NCBI GenBank assembly: GCA_963781805.1
Contig: CAWAHF010000004.1
Location: forward strand, 2,311,688 to 2,375,687
Source of the DNA: an uncultured Bacteroidales bacterium
GTDB taxonomy: Bacteria > Bacteroidota > Bacteroidia > Bacteroidales > UBA10428
Reading direction: 5' to 3'
DNA length: 64,000 nt
Shown here: piece after piece, positions 1 through 9,975 of the stretch
How positions within the stretch are numbered: the stretch's first letter is position 1
Layout: each line of letters opens with the position of its first letter
Made by a program: the position numbers and the translations under genes
Notes under the pieces: model-generated
The model's input: only the letters and a program-made list of their open reading frames with translations
What the model was told of the DNA's origin: nothing
The model's database searches: none

Positions 1-185
1 ATTAGAAAAGGAAAGGAGGTATTGGAGTATAGTGGTATAGGGGAATAGAGAGGAATATCGGGAGAATATGGGAATGTGGGAAGAATGGAAAGGTGGAAGG
101 ATGGATGTAGGATAGAAGATTGAAAATATGGAGTTATCAGGAGAAAGGGGCAATTAGAATGGGTGGCAGTAGCAGTGGCAGAGGC
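1..185. repeat. Purine-rich dispersed repeat, copy A (starts at the window edge, may be truncated)
   Basis: G/A-rich tract. Core 60-133 (gggagaatatgggaatgtgggaagaatggaaaggtgga..tgtaggatagaagattgaaaatatgg) and 153-180 (agaatgggtggcagtagca) match the reverse complement of 37866-37983. Confidence 0.7.
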
Positions 186-305
186 AGAAGCAGTTGTAGT
201 GATCGTAGAATATTGGATTACGGTTTGATATGTTTTAATTTAAGAAAGAAATTAAAAGTAAGTAACACCAAATCTGATTAAAAATAACACTTAGGCAAAC
301 TCTAA

Positions 306-1964
306 ATGATTCAGACGCTTAAAAATATCTTTCTTTTCAATCAGGACGCACCGTTGATATTTACCCGATTTTTTTTCTGGGGATTTTTTGCTGTGGTTCT
401 TCTCATCTATTCTATAATTTATAAAAAGAAAGCGTTAAGAAATGCCTACCTTTTCATCGTCAGCCTGTTCTTCTATTATAAAACCGGAGGTTTATTCTTC
501 TTTATTCTAATTTTCTCAACGTTTACAGACTATTTTATAGGTCTTTCAATTTATAATTCCAAAAGCCCCCTCGGCAAAAGGCTGTTTGTAGCCCTGAGCA
601 TATTTCTAAATCTGGCAGTCCTGGCATTTTTTAAGTATGACTATTTCTTCACCGAGACCCTTAATGCGGTTTTCAAAACCCATCTGGAAGTTGTAACTCA
701 CGCTGCCAAATGGTCAAATGTATTTTTAGGAACACACTTCGATTTGGGAAAAATATTACCTCCGGTGGGGATTTCATTCTTTACTTTTCAGACCATAAGC
801 TATTCGATTGATGTATACAGAGAGAAGGTGAAACCGGTTCGAAGCATGCTCGATTTTGGTTTCTATGTCTCGTTTTTCCCTCAACTGGTTGCCGGCCCGA
901 TAGTAAGGGCATCAGAATTTATACCACAGTTATACAAAGATTTCTCATTGACTAAGCAGGAATTTGGCATGGCAATTTTCCTCATCCTTAACGGACTGAT
1001 GAAGAAAATGTTTGTGGGAGATTTTATTGCCGTAAACCTCATCGACAGAGTTTTTGCGAATCCCCATACCTATACCGGATTTGAAAACCTGATGGCATTG
1101 TATGGTTATTCATTGCAGGTTTATTGCGACTTTTCAGGATATACAGACATTGCAATTGGGGTAGCATTACTTATGGGATTCACCCTCCCAAAAAATTTCA
1201 ATTCTCCTTATAAGGCAAAGAACACAGGCGATTTCTGGAAACGGTGGCATATGTCTTTATCCTCCTGGCTAAAAGATTATCTTTATATTCCGATGGGTGG
1301 CAACCGAAACGGATCCTTATTTACATGGATTAGTTTGTCGACCATTCTGATATTTGCAATTTTGCTGGCCGGAAAACTTTGGCTGGCTCCGATATTTGCT
1401 TCGGTTATCTTCTTTATCTGGCTAATGGCAAGATACTTTCCTGCTATTAAAAAAACCATCACAACAAACATCAATATTATGTTGACTATGTTGTTGGGTG
1501 GATTATGGCATGGATCCAACTGGACCTTTGTGATGTGGGGCGGATTAAACGGAATCGGGGTTGTAACCTATAAATTCTGGAGAAAAATCAGTCCGTATGA
1601 GAACAATAATCACTGGTTGGTCAATGCCTGGAAAATATTTCTGACGTTCAATTTTATAACATTTACGCGAATCTGGTTCAGAGGTGAATCGTGGAAAGGC
1701 ACAATGGATTTGCTCCACCAGGTTACGGCGAGCTTTGGCGGCAGTATGGTTCCCCAAATGATTTCAGCTTACTGGAAAGTTTTTCTGATGATGATATTTG
1801 GACTAACTGTACACTGGTTACCGGAAAAGACAAAGGTTTATTATCGTGATTGGTTCATCAATACACCCATCTGGATGAAAATACTCATTTGTGCAACCAT
1901 TGTATTTGTAATTTACCAATCGCTTTCTGCCGGAATGCAACCGTTCATTTATTTTCAGTTTTAG
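306..1964 (+). CDS. MBOAT-family membrane O-acyltransferase (AlgI/DltB-like)
   Basis: 552-aa multi-pass membrane ORF. Contains the MBOAT signature region FWKRWHMSLSSWLKDYLYIPMGGNR and a downstream GGLWHG histidine. Confidence 0.9.
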   Translation: MIQTLKNIFLFNQDAPLIFTRFFFWGFFAVVLLIYSIIYKKKALRNAYLFIVSLFFYYKTGGLFFFILIFSTFTDYFIGLSIYNSKSPLGKRLFVALSIFLNLAVLAFFKYDYFFTETLNAVFKTHLEVVTHAAKWSNVFLGTHFDLGKILPPVGISFFTFQTISYSIDVYREKVKPVRSMLDFGFYVSFFPQLVAGPIVRASEFIPQLYKDFSLTKQEFGMAIFLILNGLMKKMFVGDFIAVNLIDRVFANPHTYTGFENLMALYGYSLQVYCDFSGYTDIAIGVALLMGFTLPKNFNSPYKAKNTGDFWKRWHMSLSSWLKDYLYIPMGGNRNGSLFTWISLSTILIFAILLAGKLWLAPIFASVIFFIWLMARYFPAIKKTITTNINIMLTMLLGGLWHGSNWTFVMWGGLNGIGVVTYKFWRKISPYENNNHWLVNAWKIFLTFNFITFTRIWFRGESWKGTMDLLHQVTASFGGSMVPQMISAYWKVFLMMIFGLTVHWLPEKTKVYYRDWFINTPIWMKILICATIVFVIYQSLSAGMQPFIYFQF

Positions 1965-2001
1965 GTTTTAGAAAAAATTTCACGCTTGAGCATCATCAAA
2001 T

Positions 2002-2023
2002 CCATCTATTTCCTATATTTATA
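2002..2023 (+). repeat. Direct repeat DR1 (ccatctatttcctatatttata) at the left edge of the MntA/HepT cassette
   Basis: Identical at 21 of 22 positions to 3025-3046. Weaker similarity extends ~30 bp upstream of both copies. Confidence 0.7.
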
Positions 2024-2093
2024 GATTGTTACCCATAATCTCAGGGACAAAAACTTCCATTACATTAAAGATTCTTATATTTGTGAAAAAGTT

Positions 2094-2396
2094 TTGAATA
2101 TGACAACCAAAGATTATATTTTGACTACAATAAAGACCAACAAATCTGAGCTTTTAAGTTTTGGGATTCGAAATATTGGACTTTTTGGCTCTTATGTAAG
2201 AGGTGAACAGTCAGAAAATAGTGATATTGATATTTTAATTGATTTTGAGCCGGATAAGGAAAACTTTGATAATTATATGGCAGTTTATGATTTATTTGAA
2301 CGACTCTTTAAAAATGAGAGAGTTGAAATTATTACGAAAAATGGATTGAGCCCATATATCGGTCCCATGATTTTAAAAGAAGTAATTTATGTCTAA
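2094..2396 (+). CDS. mntA: Minimal nucleotidyltransferase, MntA-type antitoxin
   Basis: 100 aa with GSYVRGEQSENSDIDILIDF (GS-x10-DxD nucleotidyltransferase motif). The 3' end overlaps the ATG of the HepT-like frame. The start could be TTG 2094 or ATG 2100. Confidence 0.85.
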   Translation: MNMTTKDYILTTIKTNKSELLSFGIRNIGLFGSYVRGEQSENSDIDILIDFEPDKENFDNYMAVYDLFERLFKNERVEIITKNGLSPYIGPMILKEVIYV

Positions 2397-2730
2397 AGAA
2401 CCACTTTAATATCTAAAACATATACGAGTTGAAAGCTCCTATATTCTTTCCGTTATAGGTAAAAGCATTACCAAAGATGATTTCTTAAATGATGAAACAC
2501 TAAAAAGGGCTGTTGTCAGAAGCTTAGAGATAATTGGGGAAGCAACTAAGAAGATTCCGTCAGATTTTAAAATAAAGTGGAATTCCATTATTTGGAAAAA
2601 TATGGCGGGGATGAGAGATAGATTAATTCATGATTACATGGGAGTTAATTATTCAATTGTGTGGGATGTGATTAAAAATAAGATTCCGGAATTACATAAA
2701 CAGATAATTGAAGTGATTGAAAAAGAATAA
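2389..2730 (+). pseudogene. hepT: HepT-like (DUF86/HEPN) toxin gene interrupted by an in-frame TAA at codon 7
   Basis: ATG 2389 reads MSKEPL, then TAA at 2407-2409. The same frame continues YLKHIRVESSYILSVIGKSITKDDFLNDETLKRAVVRSLEIIGEATKK...MRDRLIHDY(Rx4HxY)... to the stop at 2728-2730. There is no in-frame ATG until far downstream, so the ORF track missed it. Confidence 0.8.
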
Positions 2731-2885
2731 AAAACGCTCAACTTTCCTTTTGTCATCTGTTTCTCAATGTTTATCTTCTATTAATTAATGCAAATTAAGA
2801 GTTTAAAAGTAAATGATAAATTTAACTCCAGATCTGTTCGATTATCGGGCTTGGAACACATAGAGTTTCGCAATATTCGCTTAGT

Positions 2886-2910
2886 CTGCCTGCAACAGGC
2901 AGTTTTTCTT
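2886..2910 (+). terminator. Rho-independent-like hairpin downstream of the TA cassette
   Basis: Stem ctgcctg / caggcag with loop caa, followed by tttttctttg. Confidence 0.4.
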
Positions 2911-3024
2911 TGCGTTCCTGGCACATTCTTTGCGCGCTTTGAGGTTTAATTTCAATTAATTCCACAATCCAAAAATCATTCTATACATGTTTCAAAAAAA
3001 GTCTTATTTGATACATCACCTAAA

Positions 3025-3046
3025 CCATCTATTTCTTATATTTATA
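3025..3046 (+). repeat. Direct repeat DR2 (ccatctatttcttatatttata) just upstream of the alpha-2-macroglobulin gene
   Basis: Matches DR1 at 2002-2023, 1023 bp upstream. Confidence 0.7.
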
Positions 3047-3091
3047 ATTCCTTTAATTGATAAATTACCAAACCTATAAACCACACAAGTT

Positions 3092-6000
3092 ATGAAGAAG
3101 CTTTCCTTAACCTTCAAATCCGTTTTTTTCATTTGTATCCTATTAATATCCCTTACCGGTTGCCATAAAAAACCGAAAAACGATATCGTTTACAGTGAGG
3201 AAGTTGCGAAAATGATAAATTATGTGACTTCCGGCAACATTAGCAGTTACGATGAAATAAAAATTGAATTCAATGATCCGGTTGTTGAATCAGATGCGTT
3301 GAATAAACCCCTCAATAACAATATATTTTCTTTCAGACCTTCGATAAATGGTATTGCTGCCTGGACCAGCAGAAATACTCTCACATTCAGACCCGAAAAA
3401 GAGCTCCCGACACGAAAGGAGATTTTTGGAAAAGTAAATCTTGAGTTGTTGTCTGAAGATTTCAAATCGCGCAACCTGGGAAATATCGAATTCAGAATTT
3501 ATGTTACAGGTCGTGAAGTAAGTTCCTATAAAACTGATTTAATTCTTAAAGACAGAAACAATCCTAAAATATTACAATATACCGGAACAATTGAATTCTC
3601 TGAAAAGACAGATATTGAGCAGTTACAAACATCTGCTGAACTAAAACAAGGTTCAAAAGAATATACTCTCCATTGGAAAGAAACTGGTGATAATAAATCG
3701 TTTGAATTTTTAAGCGATGATATTGAACGGGAAGAAAAAACCAAAGATTTCACCTTTCGTATTAATAAGAACAAACTCGGTCTGTCAGAAGACTTTGAGA
3801 GGGAGTTTGAAGTTACTCCTTTGCAGGAAATGAAGATTACAAATATTGTGAAAGAAGAAGAAGGCAAAAGTCCCCGGCTTCGCATTGAATTCTCAGATGA
3901 GATTGATATCAGTCAGGATGTTTCAGGTTTTTTCTCCATTGAACCAAAAACAGAAACCAATGTAAGCAAGTTTGGCAGTTCGGTGGTAATAGACGGAGAT
4001 TTCAGGTACGGCGGTCAGTATTCGTTGACAATTGCCGAAGGTATAACGAGCCGTTGGGGAACCAAAACAAAGAAATCAGAAACCAAAACCATCAAATTCT
4101 CTGATCTCCCGCCGCAGATAGAATTTGTAAGTGACGGAATAATTCTTCCCACCTCAAATAACCAGAAGCTTCAGTTTTACAGCAGTAATGTCAGTCGTGT
4201 TCATCTTGAACTTAAGCGGGTGTATAACAATAATCTGAGAGAGTTTATGCGTAACGAGCAAATCAGCAGTCTTAAAAACCGGCATAACGAGTTTTCAGGT
4301 TCTTACACCAGCAACATTGGGGTGATTGTTCTAAACCAGACACTTGAAATTGGAGATGAAAAAAACAAATGGCTGCTGCATGAAATCGATCTGAAAAATA
4401 TTATCAAGGATGATCCGAACGGACTATACCTTGTACGATTGAATTTTAACCCAAGGGATATCCTTGTGGATGTAAAAGACGATGTATATAATTATATACA
4501 GGAACAGGGGCAGATCTATAAACCCATTATAATTTCTGATATTGGCCTAACCGTAAAAAACACCAAAAACGGTTATGTGGTCTTTGCTACCGACATTAAA
4601 TCGGCTCAGCCATTAGGTGGAGTCTATGTAGAGCTTTTTCCGTACTGGGATGATGAGGTTATCGCTTCTGGCACAACCAACAACAAAGGCATGGTTGAAC
4701 TTTCCAAAAGAAATTATTATTCTGCCGAGTATGTAATCGCTTCAAAAAACGGTCAGAGCAGCATCATGAAACTGGATGAGATGGAATGGAACACTTCCGG
4801 ATTCGATGTAAGTGGTGTGGAATCAACCGACGATGGTATTCGTGCCTATATCTATACCGAGAGAGGTGTATATCGTCCAGGAGATGAAATAAATCTTTCG
4901 GTGATTGCCCGAAATGAAAACAATACGTTTCCCGATCGGCATCCGGTTCAATTAAGACTTTTTAATCCCGAAGGCCAGATGATCTATGAAACCACAAATT
5001 CTGAAGGGAATGACGGTTTTTATTCTTTCAATCTGAAAACCCAGGAAAGCGCCCCTACAGGCAATTGGGAAGTAACTATCGATGTCGGAAGCAGAACATT
5101 CTATCATGTAATTAAAATTGAAACGGTTGTTCCATATAAACTTAAAGTAAATATTGAACCTGCTGCCGATAAAATAAAATGGAACGATCAATATCTTGAG
5201 TTTGATATCAACAGCAAATATCTTTTTGGAACACCTGCGGCAGGTCTCAGCGCCGAAGCCGAAGTTGAGATTCGTGAAATGGACAAGAAATTTCCCAAAT
5301 ACGAAGATTTTATTTTTAAAAATCAATTTGTTGATTTTCAATATATCAAAACCAGCATTTATAAGGGTAACCTGGATACAGCCGGAAAGGCGCATGTAAA
5401 ATGGTCATTGCCGGCATTTAATAATGTACCCTCAGCCTTACAAGCCAGATTATCGGTTTCTGTTCTTGAGAAAGGAGGAAGGCCGAATCAAAACTGGGCG
5501 ACCATCCCGATAGATCCTTATCAGTATTACGTGGGAATGAAACTTCCGGGCAAAGGATACTCCTATGTTAGAACAAATGAAGAACTAAGAATCCCTGTTA
5601 TCCTGCTCGATGGACAGGGAAATCCTGTACCGGATAAGAAACTTACTTACAGAATTTATAAAAATACTTCCTATTGGTGGTATCAATACCAGAGTAGAAA
5701 CAAGTTCAGGTTGAAATTTAAAACTGATCGTAGTACGGTTCTTGTAAAAGAAGGGAATCTGACTTCAAAAGATAAGGTCTTCTTTCTCACATTCAAACCG
5801 GATGAAAGAGGTGAATACCTAATCGAAGTTCAGGCAGGGGATTACAATGGACACAAAGCAGGTTTCTTCCTGAATGCATATCCATGGGGTTATATGCCGG
5901 AAGGAGATCAGGATGCCGGTACACTCTTGTTGAGATCAAATAAAAGTAAATATTATACGGGTGAGGAAGCCATCATTAATTTCCCTGCACCGGATAAAGG

Positions 6001-8554
6001 ATCCATTCTGCTCACCGTGGAAAGAGGGACTGAAATTCTGAGTTCGGATTGGATCCAACCCGAGATTGTGGATAATGAAGTGAATATACGCATTCCGATC
6101 ACAAAGGAAATGACTCCTACCTCTTACGTAACGGTATCTGTAATTCAACCACATAATCAGACAGTTAACGACCGGCCCATCAGGATGTTTGGAATATTAC
6201 CCCTGAATGTAGAGGATCCGGAGACTCGACAGAGTATCTCGATTGAAATGCCTGATGAACTCAAACCGGAACAACCCTTCGAAGTAAAGATTCATACCAT
6301 GGACAGAAAGCCCACTCAATTCACAATTGCAGTGGTTGACGAAGGTCTGCTTGATCTTACCTATTTCAGAACCCCGGATCCATGGAAAGAGTTTTTCAAG
6401 AAACTTCGGTTACAGGTACGAACGTTCGATTTGTTTTCACATATCATAGGGGCAAACAAAGGCGATGTGTTTAAAGTGTTTTCTGTAGGCGGTGATATGG
6501 ATTATCGCGAATCGCAGTTGCAACCCGAAAGAGGAAGACGCAGATTCAAACCGGTAAGCATGTTCCAGGGTCCGCTTATGACTGATAATAATGGCGATGC
6601 AGTTGTGAAATTTGATATGCCGAATTATGTGGGTTCAGTCCGTGTAATGGTGGTTGCGGCCAGAAAAAACACCTATGCAAGTGTGGATAAAACCGTGCCG
6701 GTGAAATCTGGTTTAATGATACAAACATCACTCCCAAGAGCATTGAAACCGGGTGATAAATTTGAATTACCGGTAACAGTGTTTGCCATGAAAGATAATA
6801 TCGGAAAGGTGGATGTTACTGTGACAACCGATGGTCCCGTTGCTGTTTCGGGAGCCAGGACTCAGACCATTTCCTTTTCCAAAAATGGTGAAAAGGACTG
6901 CAAATTTACGCTTAGTACAAAAATGGAGGTAGGCCAATCGAAGGTTATAATTAAGGCCAAATCAGCATCCTATACAGCCAAAGATGAAGCCGATATCATG
7001 ATAAGTCCGTCTTCACCCAGAATCTACGATGCTCAGGAAAAGATGTTAAATACAGGAGAATCAGTGACATTTCCGTTATCCGATAAGGGTATTAAAGGCA
7101 CAAACAGGGCAAGACTTACCTTAAATCTTTTCCCTAACATGGAGTTCAGTCATCGGTTGGAATGGTTAATTCATTATCCTTATGGCTGTATTGAGCAAAC
7201 CACATCTTCGGTATTCCCTCAACTTTATCTGAAAGAGATTATGGGAACTTCGGAAGATAAGCAAAAAGAAATTGACAAAAATATCAATGCAGGCATTGAC
7301 AGGTTAAAGAGATTCCAGGTTTCTTCCGGTGGGTTCAGTTATTGGCCGGGAGAATATGAAGCATCTCAGTGGGGTACCAACTATGCGGGACATTTCCTGA
7401 TTGAAGCAAAGAAAAAAGGCTATTATGTGCCGGATGGCATGTACAGTAATGTGATAAACTATTTGAAAAGGCAGGCCAAAAATCATCAGGGAAATGATAT
7501 GGAACGGATCAACCGTGCATATGTATTGGCAATTGGCGGTGAACCGGTAGTAAGCGAAATGAACCTGATCAAAGAAAATGAACTAAGCAAGTTGAACAAT
7601 ACACAAAAATGGATGCTGGCGGCTTCCTATAAAATGGCTGGTGTGAAAACCACAGCTGCAAGTTTGATAAAAAATGTGGATAAAAAGGCAGATGAGTACA
7701 GTGAGTTCGGAGGATGTTATGGTTCCACCTACCGCGATTATGCAATTATTTTATATACCTTGATTGTAATGGAAGATATGCAGGAGGCAGAGTTGCTGGC
7801 AAAAGAAATTGCTAAAAAACTAAGCTCAGATTACTGGTATTCAACCCAAACCGTTGGATATATGCTGCTTTCATTGGGTAAATATTTTGAAAGCGCTAAT
7901 ATTTCAGGATCAAGCAATCCCAACTTTGTCGGATATGTGACCTTGCCGGGTGGTAAGAAAGTGGAATTCGATATAAAAAATAAATATGAACTCGATATTA
8001 AGGAAGGATTCGGTCAGAATATTGAACTATTTCTGGACAGCAGATCCTCCGTTTCCAAAGCTTATGCAACGTTGTCGTGGGATGGCGTCCCGCTAACAGA
8101 TGAAACAAAGGATGAATCGAAAAATATTTCGGTGACCGTGGAATGGATGGGAGAAAATGGATCGAAGATCAATCCCGGACAATTGACGCAGGGGACGACC
8201 ATTTGGGGACATTTTACAGTAGAAAATCAGAGCAATGTCCCTAAGATCGAAGACGTGGCCCTGGTTCAGATTTTGCCTTCCGGTTGGGAAATAGAAAATA
8301 CAAGATTAAGTGAAGAAAATGTTCCTGCCTGGATGAGTGGATTGAATCTTAATCATGAGCAGTACCTGGATATCAGGGATGATCGTATTATGTGGTTTTT
8401 TGATCTCACCCAAAGCTCCTTCGACTTTGTAGTTAAGATAAACACTGTAACCAGCGGGGAATTTTATTTACCCCCTACCCTTGCCGAGGCAATGTATAAC
8501 AATGATTACAGGGCTACGCGAGCAGGAAAAAAGGTAGTGGTGAGTTCGAGATAA
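3092..8554 (+). CDS. Bacterial alpha-2-macroglobulin family lipoprotein with a thioester motif
   Basis: 1820 aa. N-terminal signal peptide with lipobox-like LTGC. Thioester site YPYGCIEQTTS (CxEQ). Length and architecture fit YfhM-type A2M. Confidence 0.9.
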   Translation: MKKLSLTFKSVFFICILLISLTGCHKKPKNDIVYSEEVAKMINYVTSGNISSYDEIKIEFNDPVVESDALNKPLNNNIFSFRPSINGIAAWTSRNTLTFRPEKELPTRKEIFGKVNLELLSEDFKSRNLGNIEFRIYVTGREVSSYKTDLILKDRNNPKILQYTGTIEFSEKTDIEQLQTSAELKQGSKEYTLHWKETGDNKSFEFLSDDIEREEKTKDFTFRINKNKLGLSEDFEREFEVTPLQEMKITNIVKEEEGKSPRLRIEFSDEIDISQDVSGFFSIEPKTETNVSKFGSSVVIDGDFRYGGQYSLTIAEGITSRWGTKTKKSETKTIKFSDLPPQIEFVSDGIILPTSNNQKLQFYSSNVSRVHLELKRVYNNNLREFMRNEQISSLKNRHNEFSGSYTSNIGVIVLNQTLEIGDEKNKWLLHEIDLKNIIKDDPNGLYLVRLNFNPRDILVDVKDDVYNYIQEQGQIYKPIIISDIGLTVKNTKNGYVVFATDIKSAQPLGGVYVELFPYWDDEVIASGTTNNKGMVELSKRNYYSAEYVIASKNGQSSIMKLDEMEWNTSGFDVSGVESTDDGIRAYIYTERGVYRPGDEINLSVIARNENNTFPDRHPVQLRLFNPEGQMIYETTNSEGNDGFYSFNLKTQESAPTGNWEVTIDVGSRTFYHVIKIETVVPYKLKVNIEPAADKIKWNDQYLEFDINSKYLFGTPAAGLSAEAEVEIREMDKKFPKYEDFIFKNQFVDFQYIKTSIYKGNLDTAGKAHVKWSLPAFNNVPSALQARLSVSVLEKGGRPNQNWATIPIDPYQYYVGMKLPGKGYSYVRTNEELRIPVILLDGQGNPVPDKKLTYRIYKNTSYWWYQYQSRNKFRLKFKTDRSTVLVKEGNLTSKDKVFFLTFKPDERGEYLIEVQAGDYNGHKAGFFLNAYPWGYMPEGDQDAGTLLLRSNKSKYYTGEEAIINFPAPDKGSILLTVERGTEILSSDWIQPEIVDNEVNIRIPITKEMTPTSYVTVSVIQPHNQTVNDRPIRMFGILPLNVEDPETRQSISIEMPDELKPEQPFEVKIHTMDRKPTQFTIAVVDEGLLDLTYFRTPDPWKEFFKKLRLQVRTFDLFSHIIGANKGDVFKVFSVGGDMDYRESQLQPERGRRRFKPVSMFQGPLMTDNNGDAVVKFDMPNYVGSVRVMVVAARKNTYASVDKTVPVKSGLMIQTSLPRALKPGDKFELPVTVFAMKDNIGKVDVTVTTDGPVAVSGARTQTISFSKNGEKDCKFTLSTKMEVGQSKVIIKAKSASYTAKDEADIMISPSSPRIYDAQEKMLNTGESVTFPLSDKGIKGTNRARLTLNLFPNMEFSHRLEWLIHYPYGCIEQTTSSVFPQLYLKEIMGTSEDKQKEIDKNINAGIDRLKRFQVSSGGFSYWPGEYEASQWGTNYAGHFLIEAKKKGYYVPDGMYSNVINYLKRQAKNHQGNDMERINRAYVLAIGGEPVVSEMNLIKENELSKLNNTQKWMLAASYKMAGVKTTAASLIKNVDKKADEYSEFGGCYGSTYRDYAIILYTLIVMEDMQEAELLAKEIAKKLSSDYWYSTQTVGYMLLSLGKYFESANISGSSNPNFVGYVTLPGGKKVEFDIKNKYELDIKEGFGQNIELFLDSRSSVSKAYATLSWDGVPLTDETKDESKNISVTVEWMGENGSKINPGQLTQGTTIWGHFTVENQSNVPKIEDVALVQILPSGWEIENTRLSEENVPAWMSGLNLNHEQYLDIRDDRIMWFFDLTQSSFDFVVKINTVTSGEFYLPPTLAEAMYNNDYRATRAGKKVVVSSR

Positions 8555-8630
8555 ATTTTACTCTTAATAGTAACATAGATTTAAAGAAAAGTCAAAATTT
8601 ATTCATCAATTTATTGATCCCATGCTCTTT

Positions 8631-8658
8631 CCCCTCTTGAGAGGGGTTAGTAGTGTGA
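8631..8658 (+). repeat. Solo copy of the palindromic cassette end (cccctcttgagaggggttagtagtgtga)
   Basis: Shares the left flank cccatgct(c)ttt and the hairpin cccctc-ttga-gagggg with the array end at 8728-8755. No ORF is attached. Confidence 0.7.
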
Positions 8659-8767
8659 ATTCCTTCAAATATCTTTATTAATGAGTAATATTAATCGCAT
8701 ATTTTCATCATTTAAACCCATGCTTTTCCCCTCTTGAGAGGGGCCAGGGGTGTGATAAAAGACTATT

Positions 8768-9157
8768 ATGAAGAAAAAGCTAAATTTTGTCCCTTATAAT
8801 CCAAAGCTGAAAATATTAGCCCGCAACCTTCGGAATAATTCTACCAAAGCTGAAATTTTATTATGGCATTATTTAAAGGGAAAGCAAATAAAGGGTTATG
8901 ACTTTCACAGACAAAAACCAGTTGATAATTATATACTTGATTTCTTTTGTCCGAATTTAATGTTGGGAATTGAATTGGATGGGTATTCCCACAATTTCGA
9001 CGAAATAGTTGAAAAGGACATAAAAAAAGAATTAAAAATGAAAGAGTTGGGAATTGCCATCCTTAGGTTTGATGATAGTGAAGTAATGGATGATATGGAT
9101 AATGTATTGAAAGTGATTGAAGGATTTATTGATGAATATGAAAAGTCACACCCCTAA
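8768..9157 (+). CDS. DUF559 / Vsr-like PD-(D/E)xK endonuclease-domain protein, copy 1
   Basis: 129 aa. Pattern LWHYLKGKQIKGYDFHRQKPVDNYILDFFCPNLMLGIELDGYSH is typical of the DUF559 endonuclease-like fold. Confidence 0.8.
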   Translation: MKKKLNFVPYNPKLKILARNLRNNSTKAEILLWHYLKGKQIKGYDFHRQKPVDNYILDFFCPNLMLGIELDGYSHNFDEIVEKDIKKELKMKELGIAILRFDDSEVMDDMDNVLKVIEGFIDEYEKSHP

Positions 9158-9371
9158 CCCCTCTCAAGAGGGGAAGTGATAGCACTTAGATCAAATTTTA
9201 GGTTGAATGCTGAAAGTACAGTCATGGAATTTCAAATATCATGCTTAAATAATTTAAGTTTCAAGAATGTGATTTATATTCCTTATTTATACTTTAAGCA
9301 TAGCCAAAGATTTAGTCCTTAACTCTAAACTCCCCTCTTGAGAGGGGCCAGGGGTGTGATAAAAGACTATT

Positions 9372-9761
9372 ATGAAGAAAAAGCTAAATTTTGTCCCTTA
9401 TAATCCAAAGCTGAAAATATTAGCTCGCAACCTTCGGAATAATTCTACCAAAGCTGAAATTTTATTATGGCATTATTTAAAGGGAAAGCAAATAAAGGGT
9501 TATGACTTCCACAGGCAAAAACCAGTTGATAATTATATACTTGATTTCTTTTGTCCGAATTTAATGTTGGGAATTGAATTGGATGGGTATTCCCACAATT
9601 TCGACGAAATAGTTGAAAAGGACATGAAAAAAGAATTAAAAATGAAAAAGTTGGGAATTGCCATCCTTAGGTTTGATGATAGTGAAGTAATGGATGATAT
9701 GGATAATGTATTGAAAGTGATTGAAGGATTTATTGATGAATATGAAAAGTCACACCCCTAA
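9372..9761 (+). CDS. DUF559 / Vsr-like endonuclease-domain protein, copy 2
   Basis: Differs from copy 1 by I85M and E92K plus three silent changes. Confidence 0.8.
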   Translation: MKKKLNFVPYNPKLKILARNLRNNSTKAEILLWHYLKGKQIKGYDFHRQKPVDNYILDFFCPNLMLGIELDGYSHNFDEIVEKDMKKELKMKKLGIAILRFDDSEVMDDMDNVLKVIEGFIDEYEKSHP

Positions 9762-9975
9762 CCCCTCTCAAGAGGGGAAGTGATAGCACTTAGATCAAAT
9801 TTTAGGTTGAATGCTGAAAGTACAGTCATGGAATTTCAAATATCATGCTTAAATAATTTAAGTTTCAAGAATGTGATTTATATTCCTTATTTATACTTTA
9901 AGCATAGCCAAAGATTTAGTCCTTAACTCTAAACTCCCCTCTTGAGAGGGGCCAGGGGTGTGATAAAAGACTATT

